The notes under the pieces: model-generated
Databases searched by the model: none
What the model saw: only the letters and a program-made list of their open reading frames with translations
What the model was told of the DNA's origin: nothing
Origin: a virus
Lineage: Duplodnaviria > Caudoviricetes
Direction: 5' to 3' (one strand)
IMG/VR virus record: IMGVR_UViG_3300037991_005327
Coordinates: 1-35,527 of that record
DNA length: 35,527 nucleotides
Shown here: positions 1-9,994 of the stretch, piece by piece
Layout: the number at the start of each line of letters is the position of its first letter
Position numbering within the stretch: the stretch's first letter is position 1
Program-made: the position numbers and the translations under genes

Positions 1-1
1 A

Positions 2-181
2 GTTATGGTAGGCCATGATGGTACAAATGCTTATATTACACAATACGGCACACTAGTAAGTGGATCTACTCTAGGCACGTTTACTGCGGCAGTAAATGGA
101 GCAAACGTAGAACTTAAGGTCACAATGGGTTCAGCCACCAGTGCATCTTTGAAAGTTATACGCCAGACAGTAAACGTATAA
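2..181 (+). CDS. 3' end of a virion structural/tail-fibre-like protein (partial)
   Basis: Frame 2 reads VMVGHDGTNAYITQYGTLVSGSTLGTFTAAVNGANVELKVT...VNV* (TAA 179-181). It aligns by eye with the C-terminus of the next gene (VLHDGSNVYMTTYGSL...ADINGGNVRLRLT). Confidence 0.8.
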   Translation, partial: VMVGHDGTNAYITQYGTLVSGSTLGTFTAAVNGANVELKVTMGSATSASLKVIRQTVNV

Positions 182-184
182 ATA
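177..184 (+). promoter_or_regulatory. T4-type late promoter TATAAATA
   Basis: Exact T4 late consensus, overlapping the upstream stop codon and lying 24 nt before ATG 209. Confidence 0.8.
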
Positions 185-208
185 CTTGCACAATAAGAGA
201 GTGTAGGT

Positions 209-2500
209 ATGGCAATTAAAATAGATCACCAGCAAAATCTGTTAAAAACTCAAACCAATGAATTGAAACTAGATATCACCGGTTCGCTGACTTTACCGTC
301 AGGTGCAACTTCGGATAGATCAGGATCACCTAACACAGGTGATATAAGATTCAATACAACTACAACTAGATTTGAAGGCTATACTGGTAGTGCATGGAAA
401 ACATTTACTACCATTATGCAGGATATTGACAAAGATACGTATGTCACTGTTGAAGATAGTGATGGCACAGATAACGATCAAATTGATTTTTTTACTGCTG
501 GATCACAACGTATGGTTATCCATTCAGATGGTAACATAGGTATAAATCAGGCCGCTCCTACAAAACTGTTAGATGTTGGCGGATCTTTTAAAGCAACAGG
601 TGATGCAACACTAGATTCTACTTTGCTGGTAGGTGGTATTGCAGATTTTGATGCAAGAGTTGATATCAATGATGGTACCACAAGTTCTAGTACTTCTACA
701 GGTGCATTGGTTGTATCAGGTGGTGCTGGTATTGGTGGTGCGTTAAACGTTGGTGGAGACATGAACGTTGGTGGTACAGTTACCATGAGTGGTAACTTTC
801 AAGTAAGTGGTACTCAAACACAACTTGTCAGTACATCAATTAACCAAGCACTCATTAAATTAGGCGAAGGCACTACAACACAATCAGTTGACCAAGGGTT
901 TATTGTTACTCGAGGCGATGGCGTATCTACAAACACAAATAACGTGGGTGCCATATATGACGAAAGCGAAGATGAAGTTGCTTTTATTTCATGTCCTACA
1001 GAAGATGGACAAACTTCTGGTAATGTAAACATTGTAGATTATATCAAAGTACACCTAGGTGAATTAGAAGCAGAAGATAATTTAACTGTCAAAGGTATTA
1101 CATCACTCACTGGTAATTTAACATCACAGGGTACAGCAACATTCACTGAAATGACAGTAGGTGATCTAAACAATCAAAAATTTATTATTGCTGGAGCCAG
1201 TGGTAGGCTTACAACTGACAACGCAATATTGTTTGATGGTACCAATGTAAAGTTTGATACAAATGGTGCTTTACAAATACCAGGCGGAAGTACTGCACAA
1301 AGACCAGGAACACCAACTGTTGGTATGATACGTTACAATACCAATGATTTAGAATTTGAAGGTTACATAGGCGGTGCATGGAATAGACTTTCTGCCACTA
1401 ATTTCTTAGAACTAACAGATACACCTGCATCATTTGATCCTGGTAAGTTTTTACGAGTAAACGCAGGAGGTACAGAAGTTGAGTTTGTGGATTCGGCCGC
1501 TGACGTTGTAGATGACCTATCTCCACAGCTAGGTGGTAACCTAGACATGAACGGCAAAGATATTACTGGTAAAGGTAATATCAACATTAACAGTGATGAT
1601 GACACTAATGCAGTTGGCCCTAGCATTACACTTGATAGACAGAGTGCAACACCAAGCGGAGGAGACGGAATTGGTGTTATTAAATTTGATGCTTACAATA
1701 GTGCAGGCACTCCTGCTACAAAAACCTATGCACAAATATATGGATACCTAAGAGATATAACAGCAACCAATGAAGATGGTGCAATTAGAATAAGTGTACT
1801 GAAAGATAGTGTAAACACAATCGTTGCTGAGTTTGACAGAGAAGGTGTACGCATTGGTAAAGATGCAGACCTTATATTTGAAGGTTCCACAGACGACGGA
1901 AATGAAACAAAACTTACAGCCACAGATCCTGGTCAAGACAATACTATAACTTTACCAGATGCATCTGGTACTGTAATGTTAAATGTTGTTGAAGATACAA
2001 CACCACAACTTGGAGGTGCATTAGATTTAAATGACAAAGATATCACAATAGCAACCAATGGTCAAAGTGATATTGGTACAGGATCTAATCAAATTGGCAC
2101 ACTTTATGCACAAAATATTGGTAGCCAAGCCAATCAAGTTGGCACAGTCTTTACTAACAACATCACAATGCACAATGCATATCACAGTCATGCCAGTACA
2201 GCAACCAGTTCATCCACAGCAGAATTTAATGTAGATCAATGGCCCATAGCAACATATAGAAGTGCAAAATATTTTATATCATGTGAAAACACCACAAGTT
2301 CAATATATCAAATCACACAGATACTGGTATTGCATGACGGATCAAATGTATACATGACAACTTATGGTTCATTGTTGAGTGGTGCAAATCAGTTTACAAT
2401 TTCAGCAGATATTAATGGTGGTAATGTAAGATTAAGACTTACTCCTGCCAACACTAATAATATGAATTACAGATTCATTGCTGAGAAACACTTAATCTAA
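209..2500 (+). CDS. Modular tail fibre / virion structural protein (763 aa)
   Basis: G/T/S/D-rich. Carries two 'PxGxTxxRxxxPxxGxIRxNTxxxxFEGYxGxxW' modules and two 'VVxDxxPQLGGxLDxNxKDI' repeats typical of aquatic myovirus fibre proteins. Confidence 0.75.
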   Translation: MAIKIDHQQNLLKTQTNELKLDITGSLTLPSGATSDRSGSPNTGDIRFNTTTTRFEGYTGSAWKTFTTIMQDIDKDTYVTVEDSDGTDNDQIDFFTAGSQRMVIHSDGNIGINQAAPTKLLDVGGSFKATGDATLDSTLLVGGIADFDARVDINDGTTSSSTSTGALVVSGGAGIGGALNVGGDMNVGGTVTMSGNFQVSGTQTQLVSTSINQALIKLGEGTTTQSVDQGFIVTRGDGVSTNTNNVGAIYDESEDEVAFISCPTEDGQTSGNVNIVDYIKVHLGELEAEDNLTVKGITSLTGNLTSQGTATFTEMTVGDLNNQKFIIAGASGRLTTDNAILFDGTNVKFDTNGALQIPGGSTAQRPGTPTVGMIRYNTNDLEFEGYIGGAWNRLSATNFLELTDTPASFDPGKFLRVNAGGTEVEFVDSAADVVDDLSPQLGGNLDMNGKDITGKGNININSDDDTNAVGPSITLDRQSATPSGGDGIGVIKFDAYNSAGTPATKTYAQIYGYLRDITATNEDGAIRISVLKDSVNTIVAEFDREGVRIGKDADLIFEGSTDDGNETKLTATDPGQDNTITLPDASGTVMLNVVEDTTPQLGGALDLNDKDITIATNGQSDIGTGSNQIGTLYAQNIGSQANQVGTVFTNNITMHNAYHSHASTATSSSTAEFNVDQWPIATYRSAKYFISCENTTSSIYQITQILVLHDGSNVYMTTYGSLLSGANQFTISADINGGNVRLRLTPANTNNMNYRFIAEKHLI

Positions 2501-2506
2501 AATAGG

Positions 2507-2512
2507 TAAATA
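2507..2512 (+). promoter_or_regulatory. Late promoter (GG)TAAATA
   Basis: TAAATA in the intergenic gap ahead of the fibre gene; GGAGAGGG RBS precedes ATG 2560. Confidence 0.65.
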
Positions 2513-2559
2513 ATAACAATATACAATAGTGTAGCCTTAACCGTGGAGAGGGAAGCGAT

Positions 2560-5500
2560 ATGGCAACTTTTCAACATAATTTTAAGGTCAAGAACGGCCT
2601 TACAGTAGAAAACTCAGCTGGTAACGATAGCGAAATTGTACTCAAAGATGCATCAGCTACCGCACTAGTAATTAAAGAAGGCAGTACAGCCTTTCTTACA
2701 TTTGACACAAGTAATGGTGCAGAAAAAATTGCGTTCAACAAATCAGTTGACTTTGGTGGACAAACCATTACAAACTTACCAACAGCATTTACAATCAGTG
2801 ATGGTTCTAATTCATCTGCCATAGCAGGTGGTGGTACACTCACAGTACAAGGTACTGCCAATGAAGTAGCAGTAGCAGAATCATCTGGCACAGTCACAGT
2901 TGGTTTGCCTACCAATGTTACAATCACAGGTAATTTAACAGTTAATGGAACAACCACAACTGTTAACAGTACCACAATGACTGTGGATGATCCTATTATG
3001 ACACTAGGTGGCGATACTCCTCCTGGCTCAGATGATAACAAAGACAGAGGTGTTGAATTTCGTTGGCATGATGGTTCAAATCCCAAAGTTGGTTTCTTTG
3101 GTATGGACGACTCAGACAACAAATTTATGTTTATCCCTCAAGCATCTAACACCAGTGAAGTTATGTCAGGTTCTGTTGGTGGAGCAAAATTTGGTGCTGT
3201 AGATGTAACTGGTTTAACAAACTCTGCTCTTACAGATAATAGAATTACGATTGCAGGTGCATCAGGTGTACTTGAAGATGATGCAAACTTTACATTTGAT
3301 GGCACTAACATGAAGATTGCAACAACTGGTTCTGTGCAAATTCCAGTTGGTAGTACTGCACAAAGACCAACTGCCGTTCAAGGACAATTACGTTATAACA
3401 CAGATGATAGTTCATTTGAAGGTTATGATGGATCAGCATGGGGCTCATTAGGCGGAGTTAAAGACGGAGATGGTGACACAACTATTTTAGCAGAAGATAG
3501 TGCAGGTGCAGACAATGATGAATTAGATTTTAAAACTGCTGGCACAGTAAGAATGACAATAGGTGCCACTGGTGATATCACATACGGTGATAGTTTAAAC
3601 AAAGTAACCATAGCGGCCGCAACTGGTAACACAGTTATTGCAGGTACACTTGATGTTACAAGTGCAGTAAACCTAAATGCTACAACCTCAAGCACAAACA
3701 CAACATCAGGTGCTCTTATTGTAGATGGCGGTGTTGGTGTTGCTGAAAACCTAAACGTAGGTGGCGGACTAACTGTAACAGGTGCAAGTACACTCAATGG
3801 TAACATAGACATTGGTGATGCAAACACAGATACACTCACTATAACAGCCAAGGTTGACAGTAGTATTTTACCTGACCAAGACGGCACAAGGGAACTTGGC
3901 TCAGCTTCATTGCGTTGGCTAAACACACATACAGATAATATCAAAGCACAAGGTTACATTGATGGTGTTGATTATATGGACATTGACACTGGTGCAGGTA
4001 CTCCTGGTAGTGCCGCCGAAGGTAGAATATTTTACGAAAATAACTTTGATGCTCTAGCATACTACACAGGCGATCAATCACAGATTATTAGAATTGGACA
4101 GAACACATTCCAATATGTTTATAACGATACAGGTGCAACAATTGGTGCCGGTAAGGCTGTGCGATACAGCGGTGGACTCACAGCTGGTGGTATGAAGATT
4201 TCACTTTCAGATAAAAGTTCAACTGATGTACAACACACAATAGGTTTAACATTTGGCAGTATTGCCAACACAGGTTATGGTTATGTTATGATACAAGGTT
4301 TGTATTTTAACTTAGATACAAGTGCGTTTGCCGTTGGTGCTCCGCTGTATGTTGATACAGCAGGAAGTCTAACAGCAACTTCACCAACCTATCCTAACTT
4401 TAGTGTTGAAGTTTGTAAAACTACAAAACAACATGCAAGTACAGGTGTTGTTTATGTTGATATGATCAACAACATGGCGGCAAGTTTTAGAACCACAGGT
4501 AATGCACGTTTTGATGGTGATGTTGTTATTGGTGGTAACTTAACTATTTTGGGTACCAGTGCTAGTACAGATGTTAACTCGTTGAACGTGGAAGATCCTT
4601 ATGTGTTCTTGGGTGCTGGTGACAGTATTGGTACAGTTAACTTTTCAGGTAGTGGACTCAATGACGCAACATTCCATGGATTGTTTGAAGGTACAGCAAG
4701 TACAACATATTATGTAAAAATTGATGGTACTGGTTCTCCAGATACATTTAGTTGGAGTAAAGATAACTTTTCATCCACAGAAGCAACTGGTGTAAACATT
4801 ACTGGAGCAGAACAAACACTAGACAATGGTATCAAAGTTAAATTTAATGCAACATCAGGACACACAAGCAATGATACATGGAACGGTGTCGCCGCTCCAA
4901 CAAACATTGACCTTGGTGTGGTTGGATTTAGAAACACAGGTGCGTCTGGTGTAGGATTTACACAGGTTGGTTTATTCTTTGATGTTACAGATCAAAAGTT
5001 TAGAATATTTGATGAATATGATCCTGTATTGACAGGCAACGTTAACACAGCAGATTCAAGTTTTAGTTTGGGTACGCTGGTTGCTGATACAATGGAAGCA
5101 ACAACATTCACTGGTAACCTAGTAGGTTCAGCATCAACGGCCGCAGAAGCACAAACCATACACACAATACAAAGAGGTGCCGTAGATGCCGCTCATTATG
5201 TAAACATTGTTGACAGTGATGATTCATCGATGGCAGTTAACCAAGTGTACACAGATGCTGGATTGTCATACAATCCAAGCAGTAATAATCTTACTGTGTC
5301 AGGACAAGCAATAGCAACTTCATTTCAAGTATCAGGATCAACTGGTGTTTACTTTGAAGGTGCAACAGACAACACAAACGACACGCTGTTAACAGCAACA
5401 GATCCAACAGCAAACAACACAATCACTCTACCAGACTCATCGGGTACTGTGGCACTTACCAGTCAACTTAACAACTTTGTTAGTGATACTGGAGGTTCAT

Positions 5501-6927
5501 TCACAGGTGATGTTACATTCACAGGTGACAACTACAATGTGGTTTGGGACAAATCAGATGATGCAATGGAATGGGGCGATAATGCCAAAGCAACATTTGG
5601 TACTGGTGCTGATTTCACAATTAGACACGATAGTTCAAATGATACCACTTATATGGAAGAATCTGGTGCTGGTAGTTTAATCATGAAAGTTGATGACATG
5701 TATATCCAAAATGCCGCTGGAAATACAAACATTGCAAAATTTGTTGATGGTGGTGGAGTAACTTTATATCATAATAGTAATACTCAAGCATTTGAAACTA
5801 CAACTACCGGTGTATCAATTAAAATGGGCACTGATAAAAATATAGCATTCACAGGTGGTATAGGTGAAATTGGTAGTGTTCCAGGTTTTCAAGGTACCAA
5901 TGACGCCGGTAGTGCATTAACTTCAATTGGTATGCGTGGTACAGATATAAGATTTGCAACTGCCTCCGCTGAAGCAATGAGAGTAGATAGCAATGGTAGA
6001 TTAGGTATTGGTATACAGGCTCCAGACTACCCTTTAAATGTAGCAGGAACTCCTATATCATCTGCAAATGAAAAAGCACTTCTATCACTTTATGATACAG
6101 ATACAGCTTATAATGGTACAAACCCTGGTGGTGGTATTGCTTTTAGATCTCTTTATAATTCTGGTGGTTCTTCTACTGTTAGTACTGCAACTATACAAGG
6201 CATAAAAGAAAACGCTACAGATGGAAATTACGATACTGCATTACGATTCACCACAAGAGCAAATGGTGGAAATTTAACTGAAAAAATGAGAATCGATAGT
6301 GCTGGTAATGTTGGTATTGGTGTAACTCCTACTGCCAAGTTACATATTGAGGTTGCTGATAACACTGAATTTTTAAAAGCAACAATAACAGGAAACGAAG
6401 CATGGGCATTTAAAGGCGCCTCTGGAGCAGGTGCAGTAGACTATGTATCATTTGGTATATCTGGCGGTACACAATGTATGGTATGGCAAGAAGATGGCGC
6501 AGTTGGTATTGGTAATACTGCTCCAACTTGTCCATTGGATGTTACTGGTGAAATACGTGCATCCAATGATGTTACTGCGTTTTATTCATCTGATAGAAAT
6601 TTAAAAGAAAACATAGAAGTTATTGCAGATCCAATTGGAAAAATTACTGCAATGCGTGGTGTAATGTTTGATTGGACCGACGAACATATTCAGTCAAGAG
6701 GTGGAGAAGATGGTTATTTTGTACGTAAACATGACATTGGTGTTATTGCTCAAGAAGTTGAAGAAATACTACCAGAAGTGGTACGTGAAAGAGATGACGG
6801 AACCAAAGCAGTTGACTATCAGAAAATGGTTGCACTACTCATAGAAGGTATGAAAGAACAACAAGAACAAATAAAAGCCTTGACAGAACAGGTAAATTCT
6901 ATTATAACTAATAGTAGCGAGAAATAA
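2560..6927 (+). CDS. Long tail fibre/spike with C-terminal intramolecular chaperone (peptidase S74)
   Basis: C-terminal FYSSDRNLKENI...VMFDW...IGVIAQEVEEILPEVV...VDYQKMVALLIEGMKE plus a coiled coil (from about 6589). 'MRIDSxGNVGIG' repeats. Shares modules with 209..2500. Confidence 0.88.
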   Translation: MATFQHNFKVKNGLTVENSAGNDSEIVLKDASATALVIKEGSTAFLTFDTSNGAEKIAFNKSVDFGGQTITNLPTAFTISDGSNSSAIAGGGTLTVQGTANEVAVAESSGTVTVGLPTNVTITGNLTVNGTTTTVNSTTMTVDDPIMTLGGDTPPGSDDNKDRGVEFRWHDGSNPKVGFFGMDDSDNKFMFIPQASNTSEVMSGSVGGAKFGAVDVTGLTNSALTDNRITIAGASGVLEDDANFTFDGTNMKIATTGSVQIPVGSTAQRPTAVQGQLRYNTDDSSFEGYDGSAWGSLGGVKDGDGDTTILAEDSAGADNDELDFKTAGTVRMTIGATGDITYGDSLNKVTIAAATGNTVIAGTLDVTSAVNLNATTSSTNTTSGALIVDGGVGVAENLNVGGGLTVTGASTLNGNIDIGDANTDTLTITAKVDSSILPDQDGTRELGSASLRWLNTHTDNIKAQGYIDGVDYMDIDTGAGTPGSAAEGRIFYENNFDALAYYTGDQSQIIRIGQNTFQYVYNDTGATIGAGKAVRYSGGLTAGGMKISLSDKSSTDVQHTIGLTFGSIANTGYGYVMIQGLYFNLDTSAFAVGAPLYVDTAGSLTATSPTYPNFSVEVCKTTKQHASTGVVYVDMINNMAASFRTTGNARFDGDVVIGGNLTILGTSASTDVNSLNVEDPYVFLGAGDSIGTVNFSGSGLNDATFHGLFEGTASTTYYVKIDGTGSPDTFSWSKDNFSSTEATGVNITGAEQTLDNGIKVKFNATSGHTSNDTWNGVAAPTNIDLGVVGFRNTGASGVGFTQVGLFFDVTDQKFRIFDEYDPVLTGNVNTADSSFSLGTLVADTMEATTFTGNLVGSASTAAEAQTIHTIQRGAVDAAHYVNIVDSDDSSMAVNQVYTDAGLSYNPSSNNLTVSGQAIATSFQVSGSTGVYFEGATDNTNDTLLTATDPTANNTITLPDSSGTVALTSQLNNFVSDTGGSFTGDVTFTGDNYNVVWDKSDDAMEWGDNAKATFGTGADFTIRHDSSNDTTYMEESGAGSLIMKVDDMYIQNAAGNTNIAKFVDGGGVTLYHNSNTQAFETTTTGVSIKMGTDKNIAFTGGIGEIGSVPGFQGTNDAGSALTSIGMRGTDIRFATASAEAMRVDSNGRLGIGIQAPDYPLNVAGTPISSANEKALLSLYDTDTAYNGTNPGGGIAFRSLYNSGGSSTVSTATIQGIKENATDGNYDTALRFTTRANGGNLTEKMRIDSAGNVGIGVTPTAKLHIEVADNTEFLKATITGNEAWAFKGASGAGAVDYVSFGISGGTQCMVWQEDGAVGIGNTAPTCPLDVTGEIRASNDVTAFYSSDRNLKENIEVIADPIGKITAMRGVMFDWTDEHIQSRGGEDGYFVRKHDIGVIAQEVEEILPEVVRERDDGTKAVDYQKMVALLIEGMKEQQEQIKALTEQVNSIITNSSEK

Positions 6928-6930
6928 ACT

Positions 6931-7140
6931 ATGGCACTACCGGCAACAGGCGCCCAGATATCAATGAGTACAGTTCGTACTTTTTTTAACGGACAATCAG
7001 GCATTCCTGGTTCGAATTCTAATTTGTTATTGAGTGCAACATTTGGTGCATTTATTACACCTAGTGTTACAACAAATACAAAACTCAGTGCTACATTTGG
7101 CGGTTGGCAAAATGGTAATTCCACTGGTGCAAGTCCATAA
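6931..7140 (+). CDS. Small Ser/Thr/Gly-rich protein (69 aa), probably virion/fibre-associated
   Basis: Starts 3 nt after the fibre stop. MALPATGAQISM-type N-terminus; internal LSATFG repeat. Confidence 0.7.
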   Translation: MALPATGAQISMSTVRTFFNGQSGIPGSNSNLLLSATFGAFITPSVTTNTKLSATFGGWQNGNSTGASP

Positions 7141-7205
7141 TAAACATCTCACCCTTGGTGTGTACAGATATATACTAAGAAATGTAAAACCTTAGGAGGT
7201 AAAAC

Positions 7206-7700
7206 ATGGCAGAGAAAAATATCGTAGATACTGCGATTATTCATCGTACAAGATATGAAATAGAAACGTTCGTGTTAGGCGAACATCCGCATCCTGCAAG
7301 ACAGGCACAACTGCTTATCAATGAAATACGTAGAGTACGTGCAGGAGTAGTTATTGAAAGCGGAGAACATGCAAAAGCCGGTTTAGAAGCTGAGCTTAAA
7401 ATTTTAGAAGATATTCTAGCAGATATGAGTCAAAAACATGATGTTCCAGCATTGCTTGAAAACATTGAAACATATGAAGAGCAATATTGGGTAGACAGAC
7501 TTGCCCGAATGGCGGCAATTGATATTTTGACCATTGGCAAAATTCAACCTGATCATATGAATCGTATTGCGGCTCTTAATGATACAGCCTTTGCAAACTG
7601 TGTGAAAACAACTGCAAATCTTGCCAAACTGTTAAATGATGGTGTTGTACAAGCAGAACGCCAACTTTCACAGGACATGGTTCCACAAGATATGATGTAG
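7206..7700 (+). CDS. Hypothetical helical/coiled-coil protein
   Basis: Strong AGGAGG RBS; 164 aa ORF with EEQYWVDRL motif. Confidence 0.8.
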   Translation: MAEKNIVDTAIIHRTRYEIETFVLGEHPHPARQAQLLINEIRRVRAGVVIESGEHAKAGLEAELKILEDILADMSQKHDVPALLENIETYEEQYWVDRLARMAAIDILTIGKIQPDHMNRIAALNDTAFANCVKTTANLAKLLNDGVVQAERQLSQDMVPQDMM

Positions 7701-7707
7701 GTGATAC

Positions 7708-8430
7708 ATGGTAAGTGTACCTTCTACATATGTAAACAATGATGGTTATAGGATTGCAATATGTATTCCTGTAATGGATCAATGCAGTACAATGTTTACT
7801 AGAAGTTTAGCCAATCTTATGCATAAATGCGGACAGGATAGAAAGTCAGTTTCTATTCACATGCAGTATGGCAGTAACGTAACAATGCAGAGAGATGCTC
7901 TTGCAAGAGAGGCACTAGAAACATCAGCTGATTTTTTGATGTGGCTAGACAGCGACATGCATTTTCCTAGTGATACCATTGATAGGTTATTGAACAGGAA
8001 AGCAAAAATTGTTGGAGCTCCTTATACCACAAGAGTAAAACCAATTAGAAGTACTGCATTTAAAAGTGCCATGGACTATGATGCAAGATTGAATAGATCT
8101 GTAGATGGCGGTATTGAAAAAGTTGCGGCCTTAGGGTTTGGTTGTGTGTTAATTCACAGAGAAGTGTTCGAAACAATGAACAAGCAAGATCCTAATGTAA
8201 TGCGTAAATTAGATGTGGTAGATGCAGTCGTACATGATTATTCAGATCCTCCATGGTTCGGTGTTAAATACGATAGTAAGTCTGAGACAATGATGGGCGA
8301 AGACATTTACTTTTTTGAAAAAGCATCTAAGGCCGGATTTCAAGCATATGCAGATTTTGAACTTGCTCAAAGTATTGCACATGTAGGAAGTAAAGTTTAT
8401 ACTTTAAAGGACATCGAAGATGGAAACTGA
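7708..8430 (+). CDS. Glycosyltransferase (GT2-like, GT-A fold)
   Basis: IAICIP N-terminal strand, FLMWLDSDMHFP (DxD), GFGCVLIHREVF, GEDIYFF, late His (AHVG). Confidence 0.85.
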   Translation: MVSVPSTYVNNDGYRIAICIPVMDQCSTMFTRSLANLMHKCGQDRKSVSIHMQYGSNVTMQRDALAREALETSADFLMWLDSDMHFPSDTIDRLLNRKAKIVGAPYTTRVKPIRSTAFKSAMDYDARLNRSVDGGIEKVAALGFGCVLIHREVFETMNKQDPNVMRKLDVVDAVVHDYSDPPWFGVKYDSKSETMMGEDIYFFEKASKAGFQAYADFELAQSIAHVGSKVYTLKDIEDGN

Positions 8431-9544
8431 ACAATTAATGTGGAGACCAAACTGGAACAAACAGTTTGATATAAAACATTTAAAAGAAATTCGCGGAGAA
8501 ACACCGGTATCACCTTGGCAACGAGTACTTGCAAGATGTATTTCTCCTTTTCCAAAACTGTATGTTGAAGACATCAATGACATGGAAACTGTCAATGTTA
8601 TGGCAGAAGGATATGCAAACGAAGTCAGTCACATTTGGGTAATCAATGAAAATTATCCTATTGCTGATGATTTTCCTTGGCATTGGAGACCAGAAGGTAC
8701 AGACACAAATTATGTTTATGAATTTCCTGTAGTCAGTTATAGAAGCAAACGCCCACTAGGTTGGGACGTGGTACGTTTAGTACCTACTAGCGGTAATCCA
8801 AAAAGTGTTATTCGCAGTAGAATTATTGCTGGATATGTTGACTCAGAATTTGATATTTGCTTCATAAGTTATCATGAACCTGAAGCAGACAGAAATTTCC
8901 AAAGACTAGCAGAAAAATATCCGGAAGCTCGGCATATTAGAAACATACGAGGAATTGGAAATGCATACAAAGAAGCTGGAGCAACCAGCCAAAGTGAAAT
9001 GGTATGGATAGTAGACGCAGATGCAGTAATAATGGATCACTTTCGTTTTGATTTTGTGCCTCCTAAAAGCAAACGAAAGAACACAACATATTGCTGGCGT
9101 GCCCGTAATCCTATCAACGGATTGGAATACGGCTTTGGTGCAGTAAAATTATTTCCAAGACAACAGTTGATGAAACTAGGTAACAAAATGCCCGATTTTA
9201 GTACCAGCGTAGCGTTTTTTCAACCAATTGATCAGGTTAGTAATATAACTGCATTTAACAAAGATCCATATCGTACATGGAGATCAGCTTTTAGAGAATG
9301 TGCTAAACTCTCAAGTAACATTATCTCCAACAGTAAAGTTGACGAAAATACTGAACGGTTAGATACTTGGATGAACATCGATAATGGTGCTCGTTTTGGC
9401 AGATACGCATTGCGTGGAGCCAAAGAAGGTGCTGATTATGGAAAGAAACATGCAGGAAGTCCAGACCAACTCGCAATGATCAACGACTTTGATTGGCTTA
9501 AAAAGGAATTTTTACAGTCGATGAAAAAGAAACTAACTGTTTAA
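8420..9544 (+). CDS. Phage glycosyltransferase-like protein (GT-A)
   Basis: DICFISYHEP, WIVDADA (DxD), NPINGLEYGFGAVKLF, WRSAFRECAKL; overlaps the upstream glycosyltransferase. Confidence 0.7.
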   Translation: METEQLMWRPNWNKQFDIKHLKEIRGETPVSPWQRVLARCISPFPKLYVEDINDMETVNVMAEGYANEVSHIWVINENYPIADDFPWHWRPEGTDTNYVYEFPVVSYRSKRPLGWDVVRLVPTSGNPKSVIRSRIIAGYVDSEFDICFISYHEPEADRNFQRLAEKYPEARHIRNIRGIGNAYKEAGATSQSEMVWIVDADAVIMDHFRFDFVPPKSKRKNTTYCWRARNPINGLEYGFGAVKLFPRQQLMKLGNKMPDFSTSVAFFQPIDQVSNITAFNKDPYRTWRSAFRECAKLSSNIISNSKVDENTERLDTWMNIDNGARFGRYALRGAKEGADYGKKHAGSPDQLAMINDFDWLKKEFLQSMKKKLTV

Positions 9545-9994
9545 GCTAGAGATCCAATCGGGGCCATTTGTATTAGAATTTCTTTTATAGATGGTCCCAA
9601 TTTTTTTGACCATAGTTTTATCATACAGAATATTCTTGCTACCTGGATGTAATGGTCTAGGCCAGTTACCTATTTTAACCCAACAATAACCATCGCTTTC
9701 GTTGTTCAACAACGGAACAAATTCTTCGTATACTGCAACCACAAATGTGTTGTAGGTAAACTCTTTGTTTTTGCTGGTAAAAATATGCAAAGGATGTACT
9801 TTTTGTACATCAGGCAACATGCCTATTTCTTCTTCTAATTCACGTAACAGAGTTTCAATGGGTCTTTCATCTGGTTCAGCTTTGCCTCCCCAAAATGCCC
9901 ATGTTCTAGGATGTGTGTTGTTTTGACTTCTTTGCTGTAAACAAATTCTACCTGTGTCTAATGCAAGTATCAAACAACCAGATGCTTGTATCAA
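9533..9994 (-). CDS. NUDIX hydrolase
   Basis: Nudix box GGKAEPDERPIETLLRELEEEIG. Likely TTG start at 9994 in a TTGA overlap with the gp15 stop (the ORF track extends to 10009). Confidence 0.92.
   Translation of the reverse strand: MIQASGCLILALDTGRICLQQRSQNNTHPRTWAFWGGKAEPDERPIETLLRELEEEIGMLPDVQKVHPLHIFTSKNKEFTYNTFVVAVYEEFVPLLNNESDGYCWVKIGNWPRPLHPGSKNILYDKTMVKKIGTIYKRNSNTNGPDWISSLNS

Noticed and set aside
547-4937. Minus-strand ORFs opposite the fibre genes (e.g. 2571..3122, 3423..3944)
   Set aside because: Antisense shadows of codon-biased genes; no RBS, promoter or motifs.
7167-7176. GATATATACT as a variant late promoter for the glycosyltransferase operon
   Set aside because: One mismatch to the otherwise invariant TAAATA core; cannot be supported.
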